The notes beneath the pieces are model-generated. The model was not told the DNA's origin. It was given only the letters and a program-made list of their open reading frames with translations, and made no database searches. Source: Patescibacteria group bacterium (GTDB lineage Bacteria; Patescibacteriota; Patescibacteriia; UBA9934). Taken from it: a stretch of DNA of 64,000 bases. Location: assembly GCA_041660165.1 (NCBI GenBank), contig JBAZWW010000001.1, positions 28,009-92,008 of the forward strand. The letters are read 5' to 3'. A program made the translations under genes and the position numbers. This document shows positions 55,471 to 64,000 of the stretch, piece by piece (positions within the stretch are counted from its first letter, which is position 1; every line of letters starts with the position of its first letter).

Positions 55471-58400
55471 ATGTTCTTAGAGCCACGCATCAAACGTTGC
55501 GAATCACTAAAGGATCTTCTCGACTCCCCCGAGGATCCAGGTTTTTTTGACGAGGATAGCGATGGTATCGACACGGTTCTTCGGTCACAGAGAGCTTTTT
55601 TGATTAGTGAGCCTGGATATGGAAAATCGAGTGTATTGCTGCAGATTATTGAGAAGAGCCAAAAGGCAAATGAATCCTGCATTTATATCGATCTCAAAAC
55701 AATTACAAACAAGTCATTGTGCGCTTTAATTAAAGATAACGAGGAAGTTTACACATCGCAGGGAGCGATTGACGACTTTTCTCGTAAACCCATTTTCCAA
55801 ACAAGCAAATTTAGAGCCAAAAATTCAAGAGAGGTAATTTTTTGTTTAGATGCCCTTGATGAGGTTAGACAGGAGTATTTTTCTGAAACGGTAGATGAAA
55901 TTAAGCGCTTTATCGCAAAGTACGATAAGGCAACCATCATCCTGACTTGTCGTAAGAATTATCTGGCAAAATGGCAACATCTTTTTGCGGATCAATCTCT
56001 GGAGTTTTTTAGTCTGCTCTGTTTTAACTCAGATCAAATTCGTTCTTATTTGGTGGCCGAGGGAATCGCTGAGGAAACGGTTGAAATTGTTTTAGAGAAG
56101 ATGAACTTCAGAAATCGGCTGCCGATTCTCCGTGTACCTCGTTATCTTGGTATGTTAGCAAGATTCGTAAAAAAGGAAGGAGCTGAGGCGCTTATTGGTA
56201 TTACTCGAGGTAGGCTATTTGATTTTTTTATTGATGAGAATTTGAGGAACGAACAGGAAAAGGTAGATTTGAATAAAAACGCGATTATTAAGAAGGTTCT
56301 TGAGAAATTGGCCTTAGTAATGGAAATCTATCAAACAAGCCAAATCAGTAAAAATGAGTTGATGGAATTTTTTGATGATGTTCAGTCCAATCTCAGTATT
56401 AGTTTTTTGAACCAGGTTCCGATCGAGATTCTTTATGAAAGATCCTTACTTAAGGAAAACCCTGAAACCGTTGAATTTGTTAACACCGAGTTTCAGGAAT
56501 ATTTGGCCGCAAAGGAGATTTGCAGGCTCGGAAAGACCGACCAAGTAGTTTTCGATTTGATGGTAATAAAAGAGTTACACGAGATACACCCATCATGGAT
56601 TAATACGCTGTCTTTCTTACTGGAAGAGGATATTTCGTTGTTACCAGACATAATTAAATATATTGCCAAAAAATCCAGCCTCGAGAACTACCACGCGTTA
56701 TTGCCCATCACTGGGGTAGATAAGCTTACGATCCTTGCCAAAGGGAAGATCTTCCAAAGTATACTAACCAATTATTGCGATAACGGTCATTGGATCGATC
56801 ACAATGTTGCGAGAAACCTTAGTTGGTACTTCGATAGTACCCAGCACAAATTTCTCGACTCATTATTCTCTTCAAAGAATAATGATGAAACTTTTGGTGA
56901 GGTTATAAAAGCGAACGTTTTATTATTGATAGGATACATCTCCGAGAGGGGCTTGTTGAGCGTGAAGCAGTCGGGAGTTTGGCAACAACGAATTATCGAC
57001 ACAATCGGTTCACCCTATCAGAACGAGGTGCTGTTAAGATTCTCAATCACTGCTCTGGGAGCCTTTAAGAATCCGACGCTTTTTTCAACCAGGTTGGCTG
57101 ATATTATTTTTGCCACCAAGGAGGACACGATTATCTCTGGCCTTATATACGCAATTGAAGATTCCGATTCGCTAACTAGTGATGCCATCAATTGTATTCT
57201 GAGAGGGATAGAGATGGGTAATATTTCTGCCAGATTACTTTTACCAAGAATTACTGATAAACCCGCAATTAACAATGTGGTAGATTCGTTGATTACAAAC
57301 GAAAAATTATTGGTGGAATTTTTGGATCACGAAAGTATTCACGTGAGAGACACAGAAAAGATCCTTAAGAACCTCGAAAAAGTCACCGATGAACATCTAC
57401 TTGTAAAGCTTAAGAAATTATTTAACAGATTTTTTTCTGACAGCACGTATTTTGATGCCCAACATTCTAAATTTGTTCTTGGTCTGGCAGTTTTGATAGA
57501 CAAGAAATCACCAGGCTTTATTTTTGAACTAATAGCAACGTACAAGGACACCGATTTTTTGCACGCCCTACCTAGCATATTTGCAGCCTTGCTGAAGGCC
57601 GATGACGTGAAGGAGTTTTCCGAGCAGATGTCTAAGCATAGATGGATCGCGTTTAATACAGTCTACATAGCGGCTTCTGCCCAAACTGATGTCGCAAAGG
57701 GTATAGAGGCTGAGGGACGAAAATGCATGAATGATGAGTTCACGTCATCAGATAAATCGCAGGTGAAGACGACGCATATCGATGCGAAGAGGGAGCGAGA
57801 CGTGTATCAATTATTTAAATACAAACTTGAACCAGAACAGAAGAAATATTCCCTTGATTTATTCCAGTACTATCGAGGGCAAGAGAATATTATTGAAAAA
57901 TACATTTCCACTGAAGAAAAAGAACGGCTAATATATCTTGTTATTGATGCATTGCAGGTTTTTGATCCAGGGACACAAAAGTTGACTATTACAAATAGAG
58001 CCGAGGGTTCGTCACAGTACACGACAAACCAGTTCATCCATGTATTCGGCGATGCTCTCAGTGTGGCTGCAGATCTGAACGTAAATGTTTCTCACCTGAG
58101 ACAACACATAGTCAACTATATACCGTTTTCATACAGTGAACACCTGAAGGCGATATTTCACTTGGTGAAGCGGCCGACTAAGGATGAGATCGTGCTATTA
58201 CTAAAGATTTATAAAAATAGAGCCGATGATTTGCGAGAATTCATGCCCAGTAGCCTTATTGAATTCGTTCAGGTTCATCAGTTATCGGAAGCTGTAATGA
58301 TTCTAAAGTCATTCGTAAATTCTGAGAAAGTTTCGAGCTTCGATCGTTGTGCGGCATTCAATACAATCGTTGGATTAGATGGAGAGACCAAGCTATATGC

Positions 58401-59472
58401 TCGGTTAATATTCAATAAGTATAGGAACAGTCGTAAACCCGCGGAGATATTGTTGCGAGATTCTGCAAATGCTCATCTGATAGAAAAGTATTCAGTTTCC
58501 GATGCAGTTAACTGGAGGATTGAAAAGCTTATTGAGAAAGCTGAGCCGTTTAAAAGGGTAAAAGGAGTCCATGCAGTTGGAAAATTGGAGGGGGAGTTGA
58601 TGGATAAGAATTTCGCAAAACCATTATATGCGCTAAAAGGTTCGGCATATCGGAAGTTATTTCTTGACCTAATAGAGAGGGCTTTGGAAGTACATGGGAA
58701 GAGTGAGGAATATCATGATTACGCTTCGTATCTTTGGTCTATCAGCATTGAATATTTTAGGAATCTAAAGCAAGCTAAAAGCTACGAATCATTACATGAT
58801 ATCGAGGAGCTTATTGAACGAAATAAGGAGCAGTCAGGTATCAATTGGTTTCTATATACCTATCAGAATCTCAAGAGAGAGTATGCAATATTTATAGGGA
58901 AACCAAACAATATCGCGGATTGCATAAAGCAATATAATTACTTTAAGACAAGTTCATATCTTGTGGTGAGTACATCCGACGATCTATTTAGGATCATCAT
59001 GGGGGCGTGCAATGATAAGATCAGATCATGGGTAGAGAGCGAGGGCGCATATCATTTGATTAGAACTTATCCAAAGGCCGAGGATCTAATTCAGAAAACA
59101 ATAAAGACACAGCTAACTAATTGCTTACTTGAAGCTGGATTACGCAAGGAAGAGATCCAGGTTCAACGAGAATCGCAGTTGCTCGATGATAAGCGCACCG
59201 ATTTTCTCGTCTACTACGGTTTCATAGGCCCCATTCTGATTGAGGTAAAACTCTCGGACAATCCTGAGATAACAAACGGTGGCAAACGTTTGCAGTATAG
59301 AAAAAAGCTTCTCCAATATCTCGATGGTACGGCCTCACATCGAGGTATCTATTTGGTGTTTCTCCTCAAATCAGAGGATCTTCGTTTTGACACAATACTG
59401 AAGAATCAGTACAAGAATGACCGTATTGAGGTGGTGTCATTAATCTGCAAACCCAAAAGTATCATCGGGTAG
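55471..59472 (+). CDS. NACHT/STAND NTPase with helical repeats and a C-terminal PD-(D/E)XK nuclease domain
   Basis: Walker A SEPGYGKS, Walker B FCLDALDEV, ILTCR, FQEYLAA; C-terminal QRESQLLDDKRTDFLV...ILIEVK. ATG 55471 preferred. Confidence 0.85.
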   Translation: MFLEPRIKRCESLKDLLDSPEDPGFFDEDSDGIDTVLRSQRAFLISEPGYGKSSVLLQIIEKSQKANESCIYIDLKTITNKSLCALIKDNEEVYTSQGAIDDFSRKPIFQTSKFRAKNSREVIFCLDALDEVRQEYFSETVDEIKRFIAKYDKATIILTCRKNYLAKWQHLFADQSLEFFSLLCFNSDQIRSYLVAEGIAEETVEIVLEKMNFRNRLPILRVPRYLGMLARFVKKEGAEALIGITRGRLFDFFIDENLRNEQEKVDLNKNAIIKKVLEKLALVMEIYQTSQISKNELMEFFDDVQSNLSISFLNQVPIEILYERSLLKENPETVEFVNTEFQEYLAAKEICRLGKTDQVVFDLMVIKELHEIHPSWINTLSFLLEEDISLLPDIIKYIAKKSSLENYHALLPITGVDKLTILAKGKIFQSILTNYCDNGHWIDHNVARNLSWYFDSTQHKFLDSLFSSKNNDETFGEVIKANVLLLIGYISERGLLSVKQSGVWQQRIIDTIGSPYQNEVLLRFSITALGAFKNPTLFSTRLADIIFATKEDTIISGLIYAIEDSDSLTSDAINCILRGIEMGNISARLLLPRITDKPAINNVVDSLITNEKLLVEFLDHESIHVRDTEKILKNLEKVTDEHLLVKLKKLFNRFFSDSTYFDAQHSKFVLGLAVLIDKKSPGFIFELIATYKDTDFLHALPSIFAALLKADDVKEFSEQMSKHRWIAFNTVYIAASAQTDVAKGIEAEGRKCMNDEFTSSDKSQVKTTHIDAKRERDVYQLFKYKLEPEQKKYSLDLFQYYRGQENIIEKYISTEEKERLIYLVIDALQVFDPGTQKLTITNRAEGSSQYTTNQFIHVFGDALSVAADLNVNVSHLRQHIVNYIPFSYSEHLKAIFHLVKRPTKDEIVLLLKIYKNRADDLREFMPSSLIEFVQVHQLSEAVMILKSFVNSEKVSSFDRCAAFNTIVGLDGETKLYARLIFNKYRNSRKPAEILLRDSANAHLIEKYSVSDAVNWRIEKLIEKAEPFKRVKGVHAVGKLEGELMDKNFAKPLYALKGSAYRKLFLDLIERALEVHGKSEEYHDYASYLWSISIEYFRNLKQAKSYESLHDIEELIERNKEQSGINWFLYTYQNLKREYAIFIGKPNNIADCIKQYNYFKTSSYLVVSTSDDLFRIIMGACNDKIRSWVESEGAYHLIRTYPKAEDLIQKTIKTQLTNCLLEAGLRKEEIQVQRESQLLDDKRTDFLVYYGFIGPILIEVKLSDNPEITNGGKRLQYRKKLLQYLDGTASHRGIYLVFLLKSEDLRFDTILKNQYKNDRIEVVSLICKPKSIIG

Positions 59473-59490
59473 CCTCATTGTTTTCGTCAT

Positions 59491-60303
59491 ATGGATCCGA
59501 AAAGCTTCACAGAGCAATTGTTGTTTTCGACAGTTCTTATCAGGATGCTTGATGTAAAGATGCAACCATTTGGACACGGAACTGGCTTCTTATATTTATT
59601 GGACCTTGCACCAGGTGGGGGCCAGCAAAAGATCTTGCTAGTATCAAATAAACACGTGTTAAACAAATGCAGGGCGATCAGTATTGATTTCCACGCGCAA
59701 CAGAATAATCTACCGATTTTAGATAATGTAATAACAGTTCAGCTGCGCTATGATGATGTCTGGCACCATGATACGGCTGATGTTGCGTGCATCGACATAA
59801 CTGAAAGCGTTAAGGAGTTTCAAGAGCGAATTTATATAAGGTGTGTTGGTGAAGACTCATTACTAGATAGTTCCGATGAACTTCTCGACGTTCACCAGGA
59901 CATTTTCTTTGTAGGATATCCGTTACGTATTTACGATAAGAAGAATTATTTGCCCATCGTCAGGTCAGGAATCACTGCATCACATCCGAATATTCCTTTT
60001 AATGGCAAACCTGAATTTATTATTGATGCATCTGTGTACGAGGGCTCAAGCGGTAGCCCTGTATTTCTTGATTTGTTAAAACCAAACCTAGCTTTAGGGA
60101 AGCTAGCAATGGGTGCAGCGCCTAAATGCATCGGGATTATTTCGACTAACTTTAACGTTCTTTCGGAGTTGAAGGAGGTTTCGCTCCCTAGTGAAAAACT
60201 TGCCTCTTCCCAGGTAGTTGGTCTGGCAACGGTCTGTAATAGCCAGACCATCAGGGAGGTCGTTGGGCAGGTATCGGCTAGTTACAAATTGCGAAATCCC
60301 TGA
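59491..60303 (+). CDS. Trypsin-like serine protease without signal peptide
   Basis: GTGF, SNKHV (His), DVA (Asp), VGYP, GSSGSPV (Ser). Confidence 0.9.
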   Translation: MDPKSFTEQLLFSTVLIRMLDVKMQPFGHGTGFLYLLDLAPGGGQQKILLVSNKHVLNKCRAISIDFHAQQNNLPILDNVITVQLRYDDVWHHDTADVACIDITESVKEFQERIYIRCVGEDSLLDSSDELLDVHQDIFFVGYPLRIYDKKNYLPIVRSGITASHPNIPFNGKPEFIIDASVYEGSSGSPVFLDLLKPNLALGKLAMGAAPKCIGIISTNFNVLSELKEVSLPSEKLASSQVVGLATVCNSQTIREVVGQVSASYKLRNP

Positions 60304-60699
60304 CTTCGATCGCCTTGAGTCTTTCTGCACTAAACTTAACTGCTTGATAAATTGTTGATAGTTCAGAAAACAGGTACTCTGGGGAGCCATAAAAATATGA
60401 CATCTTGGTGTCATATTTTTAATTTACGGGCAGGAGAGCAAGCAAATACTTTGGCGTACGTTAGGGCGAGAACGGCGGTGTGGTGTTTCGTTACCAGATA
60501 GAACCGCGAGATGGTGGATTGTCGTGGGGAGCGGTGTTGAGCCGAGAGCCGAAGCCGAGTCCCACCACCTGAGTCATTAGCGGGTGTGTGGGATGTCCAT
60601 GTGCCTGATCAACAACAAGCCAAGCAATCCGCTGGCTTTTCATATTTTCATTTATCATGCTATACCATTTATGCTCAACGAAATGTTCGAAAAACAAAC

Positions 60700-61728
60700 A
60701 TGACCTACGACGAGCTCGTAAAGTTCATTCAGGGCCATTTCACCGATGGGTTGGTTTTGGTATTGGGCTCAGGGCTATCCGCGGCCGAGGGAATTCCTGA
60801 TATGCCTGCCCTTGCTACATACCTTTCAGAACAAGCGATTGAGCTGACCGGTGCTGATAAGGCGGCCTGGTTAAACATAAAAACAGTGCTTGATACGGGA
60901 GAAGGACTTGAAGCGGCTCTGCTAAGACATGCTCCGTCTTCGACTTTGGAAGCGTGGATTGTTCGAAAGACCTGCGAGCTGTTGATGCCGATAGAACGCA
61001 AGATCATGAGCGCTATGTTCAGGGGCGACACGACACTCCGTTTGAGCAAGTTTCTTTCTAAGATTCTCAAGCCGACGGAAGGATTACCCATTCTAACGAC
61101 AAATTATGATCGGTTGATCGAGATTGCCTGTGAGATGGAGGGATTCCATGTTGATACAGCAGCGGTTGGAAATTACGCAGGTACATTTGATCATGAGCGC
61201 AGCCTCATGGGATCAAGCAAAAGAATAGCAACTCGTGGAAAAACACCTTTCCTTGAGCATTACCCGCGAGCCGTCGTTCTTAAGCCGCACGGTAGTTTTG
61301 ATTGGTACAGATCAGGGGATTCTGCGAGGCGGTGTGGTTTTGATCTGGTGGGTGTGGAAAGACTGATAATCACCCCCGGAACCAACAAGTATAAGGCCGG
61401 GTACGAAGCACCATTCGATAAACACAGAGATTTGGCAAATTCCTATATTGATAAAGCGGCGAAACTATTTGTAGTAGGCTATGGTTTTAATGACGATCAT
61501 CTGCAGACTCACCTGATTAAAAAAATTAATGATGGCCTACCGACATTGATCTTAAGCCGCTCTGAAAACCCTAAAATTCAAAAGCTGGCAAAGGAGGCGC
61601 TGCGTTGTGTAGCACTCTCTAAATTAAACACGGGTACAGGTGTTTCTGTTACAACGAAGGATACCCACTTCGAACACCCTGGTGACGATCTATGGGATTT
61701 AGGCGTTTTAACTAAAGAACTTCTATAG
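60700..61728 (+). CDS. SIR2-like NADase of a Sir2-HerA defence system
   Basis: LVLGSGLS, TTNYD, LKPHGS, VGYGFNDDH; ATG at 60700. Confidence 0.9.
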   Translation: MTYDELVKFIQGHFTDGLVLVLGSGLSAAEGIPDMPALATYLSEQAIELTGADKAAWLNIKTVLDTGEGLEAALLRHAPSSTLEAWIVRKTCELLMPIERKIMSAMFRGDTTLRLSKFLSKILKPTEGLPILTTNYDRLIEIACEMEGFHVDTAAVGNYAGTFDHERSLMGSSKRIATRGKTPFLEHYPRAVVLKPHGSFDWYRSGDSARRCGFDLVGVERLIITPGTNKYKAGYEAPFDKHRDLANSYIDKAAKLFVVGYGFNDDHLQTHLIKKINDGLPTLILSRSENPKIQKLAKEALRCVALSKLNTGTGVSVTTKDTHFEHPGDDLWDLGVLTKELL

Positions 61729-61729
61729 T

Positions 61730-63499
61730 ATGACTGACATTACAAGTTTGAGTTTTGAAGATGTAAGTCAGCTCGGCAAGGTGGTGGGGGTTGATACCAG
61801 TCGAGTGCTTATTGCGGTGGATAATGCGACACTCTTGCCTCGTGCAGCTGTCGGTAGCCTTGTCGCAATTCAAGGCAGCACGGCTCAAGAGTTTCTAATC
61901 GGCATGACAGAACGGGTGACTCGCCAGCTTCGTGAACAGACGGCTCAGCCTGATTCTATGACCCCCACCGTGCTTTCAGTCGAAGTAGTTCCGGATGACG
62001 CTATTCGTGTTGTATTGCTCGGGACCTATCGTACGGTTGATGGAGCAGTTCGTAATCGGTTTAAGCGTGGTGCCGATTCATTTCCACAGATTGATCGCCA
62101 TTGTTTTTTGATCGAGGGGCAGAATCTTCAGCTGTTCATGGGTTTGCTGGGAAAGGACCTGGGGCCGGAGCAACGACTTGAGCTCGGCCACTTCGTGTTA
62201 GATAGTTCCGCTACGGCTATTGCGAACGGAGACAAGTTTTTTCAGCGTCATGCGGCTATCCTCGGTAGTACCGGTTCCGGTAAGAGCTATGCAGTATCAC
62301 TAATTTTAGAGCGTGCTAATGCACGCAAGTATCCGAACATTATCGTTTTTGACATGCATGGAGAGTATGCATCATTGGCTAATCCGCCGGTGCAGACAAA
62401 CGGGACTCCGAGGACTGCGATCGCTACCGCTTTTAAAATAGCTGGTCCAGGAGATTTGGATTTACCAAAACCCAACACGATCTTTCTTCCATATTGGCTC
62501 TTAAATCGCGACGAGATGCTGTCCATGATTCTTGATCGCAGTGATCAGAATGCCCCCAACCAGGCTTCTCGATTTACTCAGCATGTGAGGGATCTTAAGG
62601 GAGCGGCTGTTGCGAGTAAGCCTAGTGTACAAGCTACGTTTACCGTTGATTCCCCAATCCCATATAATCTTCCAGATCTACTGCAGAAATTACAGCACGA
62701 TGATACCGCTAAGGGGACCGGCGTTAGCGGAAAAGAGGTAAAAGGTGACTGGGAAGGTAAATTGACTCGTTTTATTTCTCGACTGGAAACGAAGTCAGCT
62801 GATCGGAGGTATGGGTTTATGTTCAAGCCACCGAGCGCGGCTCTTGAGTATGACTGGCTTGCGACGCAAATTTTACAACTCCTGACTCCAGGCAAAGATA
62901 AGCACGGCATAAAAATTGTCGATTTTTCGGAAGTACCACCAGACGTGCTTCCGGTAGTCACCGCTATCTTCGCAAGACTTCTTTATGATGTCCAGTTTTG
63001 GATGGATCCTGACAAGCGTACGCCCTTTGTCTTTGTTTGTGACGAAGCGCATCTTTATTTACCAGTTAAAGATGATGCAGACGCCGTCGAGAAGCAGGCG
63101 CTCTATTGTTTCGAACGCATTTCTAAGGAGGGTCGCAAGTACGGAGTTTCGCTGCTCGTAGTTAGTCAGCGCCCATCCGATGTCAGCCGAACTATTCTCA
63201 GTCAGTGCAACAATTTTCTTGTTTTAAGACTTACAAATGATCAAGATCAAAATGTGGTTCGTCGACTGGTTCCCGACTCCATGGCAGGCATCCTTGATGG
63301 ATTACCACTACTCGATACCGGAGAAGCATTATTGCTGGGCGATGCGATTTTGTTGCCTGCTAGATTGAAGCTCAAGCTGCCCATGATCGAACCGTTGAGC
63401 CAAACACGGAATTTCTGGCAGGAATGGGAAACTAAAGTACCTAACTCAGATGCCATCTCTCTTGCTGTGGAGGCTCTTCGTCGCCAATCTCGTACATAA
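61730..63499 (+). CDS. herA: HerA/FtsK-like ATPase of a Sir2-HerA defence system
   Basis: N-terminal HAS barrel, GSTGSGKS, FDMHGEY, DEAH, EGRKYG, SQRPS. Confidence 0.92.
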   Translation: MTDITSLSFEDVSQLGKVVGVDTSRVLIAVDNATLLPRAAVGSLVAIQGSTAQEFLIGMTERVTRQLREQTAQPDSMTPTVLSVEVVPDDAIRVVLLGTYRTVDGAVRNRFKRGADSFPQIDRHCFLIEGQNLQLFMGLLGKDLGPEQRLELGHFVLDSSATAIANGDKFFQRHAAILGSTGSGKSYAVSLILERANARKYPNIIVFDMHGEYASLANPPVQTNGTPRTAIATAFKIAGPGDLDLPKPNTIFLPYWLLNRDEMLSMILDRSDQNAPNQASRFTQHVRDLKGAAVASKPSVQATFTVDSPIPYNLPDLLQKLQHDDTAKGTGVSGKEVKGDWEGKLTRFISRLETKSADRRYGFMFKPPSAALEYDWLATQILQLLTPGKDKHGIKIVDFSEVPPDVLPVVTAIFARLLYDVQFWMDPDKRTPFVFVCDEAHLYLPVKDDADAVEKQALYCFERISKEGRKYGVSLLVVSQRPSDVSRTILSQCNNFLVLRLTNDQDQNVVRRLVPDSMAGILDGLPLLDTGEALLLGDAILLPARLKLKLPMIEPLSQTRNFWQEWETKVPNSDAISLAVEALRRQSRT

Positions 63500-63764
63500 G
63501 GATGGTGCGGTAGATGCATTTTGATTTTAAGATCACGCGCCTCTCATTGAGAGCCAACTCGGACTTTAGCTTGTCGAGTAGATCGCGCGTTTTTTTTCGT
63601 GTGTCCTTCTTGAAAATATATTTTGTACACGTGTATACGTCTATGCCGGGCATCATTTCGGCAATTTTTCCGATAACGGCATAGCCACCTAGGTCGGAGA
63701 ACAGGGTTGCTAGTTTTTCCCGTTAGAACCATACTGTGGATATTATCAATTACCATTTGAATCT

Positions 63765-64000
63765 ATGTTCCTTATCCCTGGGCAGTTATTAACGATGATA
63801 ACGTTTCCTGGCGTTTTGACCTATGAGTTATTGTATCTTGCGTTTTCCAGATCCGCCCATTTACAGGGAACTCCCAATACAAAAAAATTGCCGACTAATT
63901 TTCAACAAGCAGCCACGGTAATTGCGGGTCCATTTGTTATTAGTTCGATGCTCTGTTTTATTTTTGCGTTTATCGCCGGTGTCGGTAATTTTCAGGACGT
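63765..64000 (+). CDS. Partial membrane protein, DUF3267/M50-like with degenerate HExxH (absent from the ORF track)
   Basis: Manual translation MFLIPGQLLTMITFPGVLTYELLY...IAGPFVISS; frame stays open to the window edge. Confidence 0.55.
   Translation, partial: MFLIPGQLLTMITFPGVLTYELLYLAFSRSAHLQGTPNTKKLPTNFQQAATVIAGPFVISSMLCFIFAFIAGVGNFQD

Larger units (their letters stand above)
51215..64000. mobile_element. tRNA-Asn-integrated genomic/defence island (right boundary outside the window)
   Basis: Integrase abuts the tRNA 3' end, sequence is visibly AT-richer, cargo includes defence genes. No attR duplicate seen within the window. Confidence 0.8.

Noticed and set aside
63441-63756. Short minus-strand ORFs after herA
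   Set aside because: No recognisable motifs and conflicting overlaps; possibly a gene remnant, but not supportable.

Overview
This window is a chromosomal segment (code 11, roughly mid-GC by eye) whose gene content looks like a Patescibacteria/CPR bacterium, possibly Uhrbacteria-like (inference). It holds a type IV pilin and a partial PilB/GspE ATPase, PcrA/UvrD, malic enzyme, ugd, class Ia nrdB-nrdA with tandem NrdR-like boxes, ftsI-murF, glmS, dnaG-rpoD, typA, greA, tRNA-Glu(CTC) and tRNA-Asn(GTT). There are two accessory regions. (1) A ~6 kb patchwork between glmS and tRNA-Glu, where unrelated genes share near-identical 3' RNA-hairpin modules. (2) An AT-richer island from tRNA-Asn to the right edge, led by a large serine integrase whose C-terminus reads antisense through the tRNA. 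It carries a NACHT/STAND NTPase with a C-terminal PD-(D/E)XK nuclease, an adjacent trypsin-like protease, and Sir2-HerA. Other notable signals are a mycobacterial AftA-like glycosyltransferase paired with GtrA, a DUF3800 nuclease with a convergent structured small RNA, a promoter-led 177-nt structured RNA with an SRP-like motif, several other unexplained structured intergenic elements, and nested REP-like palindromes. No CRISPR array, rRNA or reverse transcriptase was seen. All calls are by eye from motifs; no searches were run.
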